DNA of 64,000 bases from Eledone cirrhosa (taxonomy: Eukaryota): the NCBI GenBank assembly GCA_964016885.1, contig OZ024743.1, forward strand, positions 329,468,001 to 329,532,000. Direction: 5' to 3'. The notes below the pieces were generated by a model, which ran no database searches, was not told where the DNA came from, and saw only the letters and a program-made list of their open reading frames with translations. The position numbers and the translations under genes are program-made. This document shows positions 45,625 through 58,900 of this stretch, one piece after another (positions within the stretch are counted from its first letter, which is position 1; each line of letters begins with the position of its first letter).

Positions 45625-45958
45625 TGTGTGTGTGTATATATATGTATGTATGTATGTATCTACATATATATGTATATATATATACATATACATATATATG
45701 GGAGAGATGACCCCTTAGCCTTTGTCAAGGCAGAATTCTAGGAGAAGGAAAACTCTGATATAACACCTGCAACCCTGATGGTATCCAAGTATGTTGACTT
45801 GTTCTTCTTTTTGGTAAATATCATCTTGGTTAAGAGAGTGTGACTGGCTTTGTGCAGTGCCTTTGCTCACTATAAAAGCTTCACGGCACAGGCATTGCTT
45901 TATATCTGGAGATCTCTCTGCACTTGTCGTCACATGGTACCATGGGCCCAGGACTATG

Positions 45959-46214
<256 letters not shown>

Positions 46215-46658
46215 ATATATATTATACATATATGTATGTATATACGTATATATATATGGTTCCTTCTTTCTCACACCGCACTCACGGCGTACGGTCTGCT
46301 TCTCTGACCGCTCATGAAATTCACCCAGATTATGCTGATCGGATAACTACCATGTGGCTTGCTGTTTTCCAACCTTCGGTTTGCTTTTCTTTCTGTTGTT
46401 TACTTGTCTCACTCGCTTTACGCGTTTCACTTGTCCCAATAGCTTATTTTAGTTATTGCTCGCAACCTGAGGTATCTGATTTTTAATGCGATGAAATACC
46501 AATGATGGTTGGCAAAATCACTGATGAGGGACTAATTTTATAATATGTAATCCATGTGCAACCATGCAGTATTCTTCTTCCCCTTGCTTTTCATATATAT
46601 ATATATATATGTTATAGAATACTATTAGCTTCTCGCTAAAACAATTTCTATACCTTTC

Positions 46659-46715
<57 letters not shown>

Positions 46716-46909
46716 GATAAATCTACCAAAAGTTTACGGTAGTGTCCAATCCGTATGAAGAACTCTATGTAATCCGGATATCATGGAAAGAAGAGATGCA
46801 TTCAAAAATCACTTTCGGTGAAAGATAAACGGAATACAGAGTCAAGATAAAATATTAAAAAAATAATGAATAAAACAAAGAAACAATTCCTTATATTAAA
46901 CAAAAAAAG

Positions 46910-47052
46910 TTCATTATTTAACGATCGTTTCTAGGACATATATGTGTTAGAATTGGCATGCATATTCAAAAGATCTATGTACAAAATTATACAAACTATC
47001 AAGGAGAATATACATACCATCACATATATATGCTGTCTTCAGAAATAATGAA
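46910..47052 (-). ncRNA. Type-I hammerhead with 10-bp stem I and a 104-nt hairpin stem II
   Basis: Minus strand: TTCATTATTT - CTGAAGA - long hairpin (47035-46932) - GAA - ACGATCGT - T17 - AAATAATGAA. Confidence 0.8.
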
Positions 47053-47402
47053 GTATATTTATTGATAATAACAATTCAAAATTACAGGTCTGTTTGGGAA
47101 CAGATTTTAAATAGACCAATGAAATACATAAAAATTCATCAAGAAAATACAGTTAGGTGTGTGTATATATGTAAGTAACTTCGTTCACAGATATGCATAA
47201 AAATGTATGTTCACATGCATACGCATGTCGAAAAAGTGTATGTAAATATAAAAATTTAGGGCTAATGTCTCTGTATGTTTATAATCCACAGACAAAATAT
47301 ACATACATATACATATATATATACATACATATATACACACATATACATACATTCATACACACACACGCATATATACATAAACACACACATACCTACGAAC
47401 AC

Positions 47403-47433
<31 letters not shown>

Positions 47434-47663
47434 TACGTATATATTATTATTATAACTATATGGATATTGAGGCGCACACATAAACACGGCCACACACACT
47501 TACATTTAGATGCAGAATTAAAAGGAGGTAAGGGAGTAAGTAATTAAAGGAGGGTGTCAAACTCAGCATATTTATAAAATTTTTTAATATTTTAATAATT
47601 TTTTTAATATTTTATATATATATATATATATAAATATATATATATACATATGTATATATATAA

Positions 47664-47695
<32 letters not shown>

Positions 47696-47703
47696 ATATA
47701 TAT

Positions 47704-47823
47704 ATAGGAAAAAATATGACCCCGACGGCAGAGCTCAAGCCGTTTCGACGACTATTTCTGGACGTCCAGAAATAGCCGTCGAAACGGCTGGAGCTCTGCC
47801 GTTGGGATCATATTTTTTCCTAT
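47704..47823. repeat. 120-bp near-perfect palindrome built from hammerhead 3' halves
   Basis: Centre GGACGTCC (47760-47767). The arms mirror each other out to ATAGGAAAAAA/TTTTTTCCTAT. The right arm reads GTC-GAAACGGC...GCCGTT-GGGATC. Confidence 0.85.
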
Positions 47824-47899
47824 TTCCCACTCTACTATCCTAAGTATTGAGTACTCTGGTGCCTTATGGTCCATCTGGTTCCTTACCACAATTCCTTTG

Positions 47900-47964
<65 letters not shown>

Positions 47965-48803
47965 CATATATGATGATTACTTTATTTTCATTTTGTCAGG
48001 TGATTGCCATCTCAACATCACCCGTCTCTCTTGTGTACGACGGTGATTTTTCAATCCAGCCACAAATAGCAAGACCAAGAACCCAACCCAAGGAACTTTA
48101 ACATAGTTTCCCTATCAACATTCCTTGATATATGAAATTAATTAACTTCAAATTTTCTCAATGCTTCTTCAGTTAACAGCTTTGTTTAAACTTCTAGCTA
48201 CAGGCTCACAATCTTCTAAAATGGCGGAATTGGTTGTGTGCGGCTCTTTAGTGTAGTGGCTAACGCACTTATCCGGCCTCCTGGGAAATGCGGTGCTCAA
48301 CTCAATATCTTGTTAGGAGTCTCTATCTACTCTTCCCGTCTCTATGGGTACTTTAACTCACTCTTATTTACAGTAACCCACTATTATTGTGATCATATTC
48401 GTTTGGACGCCCTTATTTCAAATTTTTCCTCTTTCTGGAATCAACTATATTATGTATACATCTTCCCCCAATATTCTATTTAACTAGTTCTCCAGATATT
48501 TTCTACAATTTATATTTCCAAAAGGAAGGTTTAATTTTTTCTGTCTTCTCTCCTCCTACTTCTTTCTCTCTCCATATATATCTGATTCTATTTTACTCTG
48601 CCTCCTCCCCCTCCACTTTTCTCCTTCTATATTCTCTTTAACTAAATTGGTCACTCTCACAATTCCTCTGCTCACGTACCTATGTATATATATATATATA
48701 TACATATCAATGCGAGTGTTTATATATATATATGTGTTTATGTACATACATTGACATATATATGCATATCTATATATCAAGTACGTATGTATTATATTAT
48801 ATG

Positions 48804-48839
<36 letters not shown>

Positions 48840-48842
48840 TTA

Positions 48843-48934
<92 letters not shown>

Positions 48935-49145
48935 ATTCTTTGAATCTATTTCCCGCTCTCATATACACTTTTTCTTTTTCAGAATTTTTCTTTCGGCTCC
49001 CATCTCTCTCTCTCTCTCTGTCTCTGTCTCTTTCTCTCTCTCATATACATACACACACACACACACACACACATACACATACACACTATGCCGGTGTGTT
49101 TTTCTCCTCCAGCTCTTTCTCCTCCTTTCTATGTGTGTATATGTG

Positions 49146-49217
<72 letters not shown>

Positions 49218-49742
49218 ATTACACACACAGATATTCATATAAGCACACACACACACACACACATACACACACACACACACATAAGTCTGTATTTTTCTCT
49301 CTCCATTTTGCCGCTACTTTCTCTACCTCACCAATCTATACAATCTCTCGCTCTATCCGTTGTATAGATCAAAGAAGCGAGAACTCAGTATTGAGTATTG
49401 ATGTGAGTGGATCAAAGAGGCGATTGCACACACTGTTTTCTACACATCTTCACATGTTTCATTTAAAGGCTTAGCTTTCTTTTGATGATGTCGGAACACA
49501 CGAAGGGGGAGGGGTGTAGTGGCCTCTAACACTCTACCTACATTCCACCCTATCTCTCGTCGCTTTCTTTCTAAATACATATTAACCATTGATATCTAAG
49601 ACAAAAACATACATGTATATACACGCCTGCATACATGCACACATATACATACACCCCCCCCTTATTTCTCTCTTTATATATATATATATATATTTACATA
49701 TATTATATACATTTATATAGATACATAGATATAATATATTAT

Positions 49743-49781
<39 letters not shown>

Positions 49782-49862
49782 CATAGATTGTGCGTATATT
49801 TATATACATACATTCATATACATACATACACACATACATACATACATACATACATACATACA

Positions 49863-49918
<56 letters not shown>

Positions 49919-50247
49919 CATATATATACATACAGAAAACTACAGCCATATATACACACATATACATAAAGTTATGGAATATGTGGTGTGTAGGTTTATT
50001 TATATATTTTTTTCATTGAGTTTGTGGTAAGGCAGCAGGCCGCTTATTTTCCACCAGCACGATTTTGTTAAGTGAATGATTCTATTTAGCGTTCCATTTC
50101 ACATAGGATAGTATAGAATTAGATCGAACATTCGTCGACTGATTTAGATTGATTTTCATTTCAATCAAAGCAGTCGAGGCATATTTACTTCGTTTAGAAC
50201 AATAAGGGCATTTTCGCCGATCCCATCGTATTGTGAATAGCATTGAA

Positions 50248-50290
<43 letters not shown>

Positions 50291-50421
50291 CACACACACT
50301 GTGTCCATTTATATATATTATTCATACACAGTGTCCATATATTAATATATATACATATATATATATAATAACACGTATATAAAAACACGTATATGTATAT
50401 GTATGTATATATATATGTAAA

Positions 50422-50495
<74 letters not shown>

Positions 50496-50940
50496 GTATA
50501 TACGCGTGTAGTTTCAACTATGAAAGCAAGAGCACAAGGAAAATGTTTGTTTGTGTGTGTATAAATATGTATATGTGTTTGTGTGAGTATAGTATATGTG
50601 TATAAATGCGTATATACATAGCTGACTACGTATGTATAAATACGTATATACATGTGTATGTATGCGTGTATATATCTTTATCTATGTCAGATCATATAGG
50701 GGTTTGCCCATGCGCAATAGTCAAGACAATACTAGCATATTTCATGTATTTCTAATAAGCTGCTCAGAAAGTAAAACGCTGCAACATGTACTGGAATTCC
50801 TTGTAAGACTGTTGTGTTAATCCTAGTCTTTATCGTGTGTGAATGGCCATCATTAGCAAATCCATTCCCTTGTGATATCTGTAAGTCTTAACACATTTTT
50901 AACGATGACACTGTTAATTACTACTAGAAACAGTTATGTC

Positions 50941-51424
50941 CTAGAGTGTATCGTAATCTCTAGATGTACCAACTGCTAGCTTAAGATAAAGTGCGCCACT
51001 ACCACCGCCATCACCACCACCATCATCACCACCAACATCGCCAACAAAATATCTCTATCTCTCTTTCTCTCTCAAGCCTTATAGAATCATTTGGCTTGAT
51101 AATATAGCGATTGTAATAGCGTTTTGTGACTGCAAGTACAAAACTGCTGTCCTTCATGGATAGGGGGCCAGGCCTTCGTACGGTTATTCCTAATTGCTGC
51201 TACTGGTCAGTGCAGGGCAACAAACCTTCGGAGGAGGCATCATGTTTTAAAATGTATTTTTATTTCATCATTAGTTTTTACTTTTTAACATTAAATCATA
51301 TGGCTGGAACAGGTAAAAGAGTAAAAGAGTAAATATATAATTTTTTTATGGCGATGATGGTGGTGGTGACGGACTTTATCTTAAGCTAGCAGTTGGTACA
51401 TCGAGAGATTACGATACACTCTAG
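50941..51424. mobile_element. MITE-like element with ~75-bp terminal inverted repeats
   Basis: CTAGAGTGTATCGTAATCTCTAGATGTACCAACTGCTAGCTTAAGATAAAGT (from 50941) is mirrored at 51373-51424, extending imperfectly inward to ~51016/51348. Confidence 0.75.
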
Positions 51425-51749
51425 TGGTTTAACCGCGCAATCGGGTATCCAGCCCCATTATTTCTATGTCCCCAGGCATATACATACATGTGTATACACA
51501 TATATACATACATACATATATATATACATACATATATACACATGTACATACACATTTTTGGATGGCTGTTTACAATTATGAGTTCTTCTGCCCTTTTTCA
51601 GGTTTTTCTTATTTGTCCTGTAGTGTGTCCAACCCCCACCACCAAGTAAACTTGGTGGGGTTGCCGGTTTAGTCGCCGACGATCCGACCATGCAACATGT
51701 TATACTGGGTTTCACGTTACCAGTAGCCCTGAAGAGTGCCCCGACATAT

Positions 51750-51803
<54 letters not shown>

Positions 51804-51860
51804 TATATATTAGTTTAACAATGATAATAATAACAAAGGCAAGTTATTTTACTTATTTAA

Positions 51861-51995
51861 TTCATTGTTTTACGATCGTTTCGGAGGGTCGATCTTCTTC
51901 TTCTTCTTCTTCTTCTTCTTCTTCTTCTTCTTCTTCTTCTTCTTCTTCTTCTTCTTCTTCTTCTTCTTCTTCTTCTTCTTCTTCTTCTTCAGACC
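51861..51995 (-). ncRNA. Hammerhead remnant with (GAA)n expansion between the core and GAAA
   Basis: Minus strand: CTGAAGA - (AGA)~32 - TCGACCCTCC - GAA - ACGATCGT - A - AAACAATGAA. The 3' half is nearly identical to the 46910 motif; stem I pairing is poor. Confidence 0.5.
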
Positions 51996-52059
51996 ACTTC
52001 CATTCTTTCCACGAATGTTAATAGGTTCTTCCTATCTCTACCGACTACCACACCACAAT

Positions 52060-52175
52060 GCCTTGCGGTATTCGTTTCGGCTCTCTGATCTGAGTTCAAA
52101 TCCCGCCGAGGTCATCTTTGTTTTTCATCCATTCAAGGTTGATGAAAATAGTACCAGTGTAGTACTGGTGTCGAT
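52060..52175 (+). mobile_element. SINE family A fragment
   Basis: CTGAGTTCAAATCCCGCCGAGGTCATCTTTGTTTTTCATCC...GTACCAG. Similar fragments lie at ~32315-32430 and ~33810-33975. Confidence 0.7.
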
Positions 52176-52955
52176 TCTTCCTCTATATCTCTCACTTCCA
52201 TTCTCTCGAACTCTATCTTTCTCTGGGAGAAACCTGCCTCCTGTATTTAGACCTGGAGAGGAAATGAACTCCGTCAGGTTTTAAAATGTTCTAAAAACGC
52301 CGTATGTCAGTACTGCCCCCAACGAGAATCTCCCGGGAAGTACGGAAACATGCATGCAAATGTAACCAGCGTTACTTGTCAATACATACTGCAGTCTTTG
52401 ACTTACTGAAATCTTGTGAACCTGGCCGTCGACGTGACGTTCTTTTGCTCAGCATCACCGTTGCCTTAACATTACACGTCCACCAAGTTGCCGCCCCATG
52501 GTGGGAATTATAGTGTCAATATGGTTTAATCTGGCTCCTACTCTTTAGTCTGCCTTGGATAATTTGTCTTGCCAGAAGTTAGATTGACACCAATATAGCC
52601 CTTTGGGCTGCTAAGGGCTATACTGACATGAGACTAACTCCTATAAGGGTTGCAGTCTCAAATGTATTACTAAGTTAGACACAGAACTTTAACATTTGAT
52701 AGGGTTACTGCATCAACTACCTATATCATTAAGACTCAGAACATTAGTGCCTGAAAGGGCTACAGCATAAACTGTATTAATATTCCATTCTGACCCAGGA
52801 GATTAGCACTTGAAAGGGTTACAGTGTAAACTATATAACTAACTTTTCTGGTCCAGTATAGGGTCCTGGATTAGACAGAAAAATCCAGTTGTATATCATG
52901 AAGATGAACATGTAACAACAATGGTTGGGATACAATGACAACTAGTTCGACATGC

Positions 52956-55900
52956 CAGTGGCTGGTATATTGTAGGACTGTGAAGGGCAATAGTTGGTAT
53001 ATTGTAGGACTGTGAAGAGCAGGGGCTGGTATATTGTAGGACTGTGAAGGGCAATAGTTGGTATATTGTAGGATTGTGAAGGACAGGGGCTGGTATATTG
53101 TAGGACTGTGAAGGGCAATAGTTGGTATATTGTAGGACTGTGAAGGACAGGGGCTGGTATATTGTAGGACTGTGAAGGGCAGTAGTTGGTATATTGTAGG
53201 ATTGTGAAGGGCAGTAGTTGGTATATTGTAGGACTGTGAAGGGCAGTAGTTGGTATATTGTAGGACTGTGAAGGGCAGTGGTTGGTATATTGTAGGACTG
53301 TGAAGGGCAGTGGCTGGTATATTGTAGGACTGTGAAGGGCAGTGGTTGGTATATTATATGATTGTGAAGGGCAGTAGTTGGTATATTGTAGGCCTGTGAA
53401 GGGCATAAGTTGGTATATTGTAGGACTGTGAAGAGCAGGGGCTGGTATATTGTAGGACTGTGAAGGGCAGTAGTTGGTATATTGTAGGATTGTGAAGGGC
53501 AATAGTTGGTATATTGTAGGATTGTGAAGGGCAGTAGTTGGTATATTGTAGGACTGTGAAGGGCAGTGGTTGGTATATTGTAGGACTGTGAAGGGCAGTG
53601 GCTGGTATATTGTAGGACTGTGAAGGGCAGTGGTTGGTATATTGTATGATTGTGAAGGGCAGTAGTTGGTATATTGTAGGACTGTGAAGGGCATAAGTTG
53701 GTATATTGTAGGACTGTGAAGAGCAGGGGCTGGTATATTGTAGGACTGTGAAGGGCAATAGTTGGTATATTGTAGGACTGTCAAGGGCAGTGGTTGGTAT
53801 ATTGTAGGATTGTGAAGGGCAGTAGTTGGTATATTGTAGGATTGTGAAGGGCAGTGGTTGGTATATTGTAGGACTGTGAAGAGCAGTGGTTGGTATATTG
53901 TAGGACTGTGAAGGGCAGTGGTTGGTATATTGTAGGACTGTGAAGGGCAGTGGTTGGTATATTGTAGGATTGTGAAGGGCAGTGGTTGGTATATTGTAGG
54001 ACTCTGAAGGGCAGTGGTTGGTATATTGTAGGACTGTGAAGAGCAGTGCTTGGTATATTGTAGGACTGTGAAGGGCAGTGGTTGGTATATTGTAGGATTG
54101 TGAAGGGCAGTGGTTGGTATATTGTAGGACTCTGAAGGGCAGTGGTTGGTATATTGTAGGACTGTGAAGAGCAGGGGCTGGTATATTGTAGGACTGTGAA
54201 GGGCAATAGTTGGTATATTGTAGGATTGTGAAGGACAGGGGCTGGTATATTGTAGGACTGTGAAGGGCAATAGTTGGTATATTGTAGGACTGTGAAGGAC
54301 AGGGGCTGGTATATTGTAGGACTGTGAAGGGCAGTGGTTGGTATATTGTAGGATTGTGAAGGGCAGTGGTTGGTATATTGTAGGACTCTGAAGGGCAGTG
54401 GTTGGTATATTGTAGGACTGTGAAGAGCAGTGGTTGGTATATTGTAGGACTGTGAAGGGCAGTGGTTGGTATATTGTAGGATTGTGAAGGGCAGTGGTTG
54501 GTATATTGTAGGACTCTGAAGGGCAGTGGTTGGTATATTGTAGGACTGTGAAGGGCAGTGGTTTGTATATTGTAGGACTGTCAAGGGCAGTAGTTGGTAT
54601 ATTGTAGGACTGTGAAGGGCAGTGGATGGTATATTGTAGGATTGTGAAGAGCAGTAGTTGGTATATTGTAGGACTGTGAAGGGCAGTAGTTGGTATATTG
54701 TAGGATTGTTAAGGGCAGTAGTTGGTATATTGTAGGACTGTGAAGGGCAGTAGTTGGTATATTGTAGGATTGTGAAGGGCAGTAGTTGGTATATTGTAGG
54801 ACTGTGAAGGGCAGTAGTTGGTATATTGTAGGACTGTGAAGGGCAGTGGTTGGTATATTGTAGGACTGTGAAAAGCAGTGGCTGGTATATTGTAGGACTG
54901 TGAAGGGCAGTGGTTGGTATATTATATGATTGTGAAGGGCAGTAGTTGGTATATTGTAGGCCTGTGAAGGGCATAAGTTGGTATATTGTAGGACTGTGAA
55001 GAGCAGGGGCTGGTATATTGTAGGACTGTGAAGGGCAGTGGTTGGTATATTGTAGGACTCTGAAGGGCAGTGGTTGGTATATTGTAGGACTGTGAAGAGC
55101 AGTGCTTGGTATATTGTAGGACTGTGAAGGGCAGTGGTTGGTATATTGTAGGATTGTGAAGGGCAGTGGTTGGTATATTGTAGGACTCTGAAGGGCAGTG
55201 GTTGGTATATTGTAGGACTGTGAAGAGCAGGGGCTGGTATATTGTAGGACTGTGAAGGGCAATAGTTGGTATATTGTAGGATTGTGAAGGACAGGGGCTG
55301 GTATATTGTAGGACTGTGAAGGGCAATAGTTGGTATATTGTAGGACTGTGAAGGACAGGGGCTGGTATATTGTAGGACTGTGAAGGGCAGTAGTTGGTAT
55401 ATTGTAGGATTGTGAAGGGCAATAGTTGGTATATTGTAGGATTGTGAAGGGCAGTAGTTGGTATATTGTAGGACTGTGAAGGGCAGTGGTTGGTATATTG
55501 TAGGACTGTGAAGGGCAATAGTTGGTATATTGTAGGACTGTGAAGGGCAATAGTTGGTATATTGTAGGACTGTGAAGAGCAGGGGCTGGTATATTGTAGG
55601 ACTGTGAAGGGCAATAGTTGGTATACTGTAGGACTGTGAAGGGCAGTGGTTGGTATATTGTAGGATTGTGAAGGGCAGTAGTTGGTATATTGTAGGATTG
55701 TGAAGGGCAGTGGTTGGTATATTGTAGGACTGTGAAGAGCAGTGGTTGGTATATTGTAGGACTGTGAAGGGCAGTGGTTGGTATATTGTAGGACTGTGAA
55801 GGGCAGTAGTTGGTATATTGTAGGATTGTGAAGGGCAGTGGTTGGTATATTGTAGGACTCTGAAGGGCAGTGGTTGGTATATTGTAGGACTGTGAAGAGC

Positions 55901-58900
55901 AGTGGTTGGTATATTGTAACTGTGAAGGGCAGTGGTTGGTATATTGTAGGATTGTGAAGGGCAGTGGTTGGTATATTGTAGGACTCTGAAGGGCAGTGGT
56001 TGGTATATTGTAGGACTGTGAAGGGCAGTGGTTTGTATATTGTAGGACTGTCAAGGGCAGTAGTTGGTATATTGTAGGACTGTGAAGGGCAGTGGTTGGT
56101 ATATTGTAGGATTGTGAAGAGCAGTAGTTGGTATATTGTAGGACTGTGAAGGGCAGTAGTTGGTATATTGTAGGATTGTGAAGGGCAGTAGTTGGTATAT
56201 TGTAGGACTGTGAAGGGCAGTAGTTGGTATATTGTAGGATTGTGAAGGGCAGTAGTTGGTATATTGTAGGACTGTGAAGGGCAGTAGTTGGTATATTGTA
56301 GGACTGTGAAGGGCAGTGGTTGGTATATTGTAGGACTGTGAAGGGCAGTGGCTGGTATATTGTAGGACTGTGAAGGGCAGTGGTTGGTATATTATATGAT
56401 TGTGAAGGGCAGTAGTTGGTATATTGTAGGCCTGTGAAGGGCATAAGTTGGTATATTGTAGGACTGTGAAGAGCAGGGGCTGGTATATTGTAGGACTGTG
56501 AAGGGCAGTAGTTGGTATATTGTAGGATTGTGAAGGGTAATAGTTGGTATATTGTAGGATTGTGAAGGGCAGTAGTTGGTATATTGTAGGACTGTGAAGG
56601 GCAGTGGTTGGTATATTGTAGGACTGTGAAGGGCAGTGGCTGGTATATTGTAGGACTGTGAAGGGCAGTGGTTGGTATATTGTATGATTGTGAAGGGCAG
56701 TAGTTGGTATATTGTAGGACTGTGAAGGGCATAAGTTGGTATATTGTAGGACTGTGAAGAGCAGGGGCTGGTATATTGTAGGACTGTGAAGGGCAATAGT
56801 TGGTATATTGTAGGACTGTCAAGGGCAGTGGTTGGTATATTGTAGGATTGTGAAGGGCAGTAGTTGGTATATTGTAGGATTGTGAAGGGCAGTGGTTGGT
56901 ATATTGTAGGACTGTGAAGAGCAGTGGTTGGTATATTGTAGGACTGTGAAGGGCAGTGGTTGGTATATTGTAGGACTGTGAAGGGCAGTGGTTGGTATAT
57001 TGTAGGATTGTGAAGGGCAGTGGTTGGTATATTGTAGGACTCTGAAGGGCAGTGGTTGGTATATTGTAGGACTGTGAAGAGCAGTGCTTGGTATATTGTA
57101 GGACTGTGAAGGGCAGTGGTTGGTATATTGTAGGATTGTGAAGGGCAGTGGTTGGTATATTGTAGGACTCTGAAGGGCAGTGGTTGGTATATTGTAGGAC
57201 TGTGAAGAGCAGTGGTTGGTATATTGTAGGACTGTGAAGGGCAGTGGTTGGTATATTGTAGGATTGTGAAGGGCAGTGGTTGGTATATTGTAGGACTCTG
57301 AAGGGCAGTGGTTGGTATATTGTAGGACTGTGAAGGGCAGTGGTTTGTATATTGTAGGACTGTCAAGGGCAGTAGTTGGTATATTGTAGGACTGTGAAGG
57401 GCAGTGGTTGGTATATTGTAGGATTGTGAAGAGCAGTAGTTGGTATATTGTAGGACTGTGAAGGGCAGTAGTTGGTATATTGTAGGATTGTGAAGGGCAG
57501 TAGTTGGTATATTGTAGGACTGTGAAGGGCAGTAGTTGGTATATTGTAGGATTGTGAAGGGCAGTAGTTGGTATATTGTAGGACTGTGAAGGGCAGTAGT
57601 TGGTATATTGTAGGACTGTGAAGGGCAGTGGTTGGTATATTGTAGGACTGTGAAAGGCAGTGGCTGGTATATTGTAGGACTGTGAAGGGCAGTGGTTGGT
57701 ATATTATATGATTGTGAAGGGCAGTAGTTGGTATATTGTAGGCCTGTGAAGGGCATAAGTTGGTATATTGTAGGACTGTGAAGAGCAGGGGCTGGTATAT
57801 TGTAGGACTGTGAAGGGCAGTAGTTGGTATATTGTAGGATTGTGAAGGGCAATAGTTGGTATATTGTAGGATTGTGAAGGGCAGTAGTTGGTATATTGTA
57901 GGACTGTGAAGGGCAGTGGTTGGTATATTGTAGGACTGTGAAGGGCAGTGGCTGGTATATTGTAGGACTGTGAAGGGCAGTGGTTGGTATATTGTATGAT
58001 TGTGAAGGGCAGTAGTTGGTATATTGTAGGACTGTGAAGGGCATAAGTTGGTATATTGTAGGACTGTGAAGAGCAGGGGCTGGTATATTGTAGGACTGTG
58101 AAGGGCAATAGTTGGTATATTGTAGGACTGTCAAGGGCAGTGGTTGGTATATTGTAGGACTGTGAAGAGCAGGGGCTGGTATATTGTAGGACTGTGAAGG
58201 GCAATAGTTGGTATATTGTAGGATTGTGAAGGACAGGGGCTGGTATATTGTAGGACTGTGAAGGGCATAAGTTGGTATATTGTAGGACTGTGAAGAGCAG
58301 GGGCTGGTATATTGTAGGACTGTGAAGGGCAATAGTTGGTATATTGTAGGACTGTCAAGGGCAATAGTTGGTATATTGTAGGATTGTGAAGGGCAGTAGT
58401 TGGTATATTGTAGGATTGTGAAGGGCAGTGGTTGGTATATTGTAGGACTGTGAAGAGCAGTGGTTGGTATATTGTAGGACTGTGAAGGGCAGTGGTTGGT
58501 ATATTGTAGGACTGTGAAGGGCAGTGGTTGGTATATTGTAGGATTGTGAAGGGCAGTGGTTGGTATATTGTAGGACTCTGAAGGGCAGTGGTTGGTATAT
58601 TGTAGGACTGTGAAGAGCAGTGCTTGGTATATTGTAGGACTGTGAAGGGCAGTGGTTGGTATATTGTAGGATTGTGAAGGGCAGTGGTTGGTATATTGTA
58701 GGACTCTGAAGGGCTGTGGTTGGTATATTGTAGGACTGTGAAGAGCAGGGGCTGGTATATTGTAGGACTGTGAAGGGCAATAGTTGGTATATTGTAGGAT
58801 TGTGAAGGACAGGGGCTGGTATATTGTAGGACTGTGAAGGGCAATAGTTGGTATATTGTAGGACTGTGAAGGACAGGGTCTGGTATATTGTAGGACTGTG

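Noticed and set aside
46515-46575. CTGATGAGGGA... candidate hammerhead
   Set aside because: No GAAA after the putative stem II; at most a heavily decayed relic.
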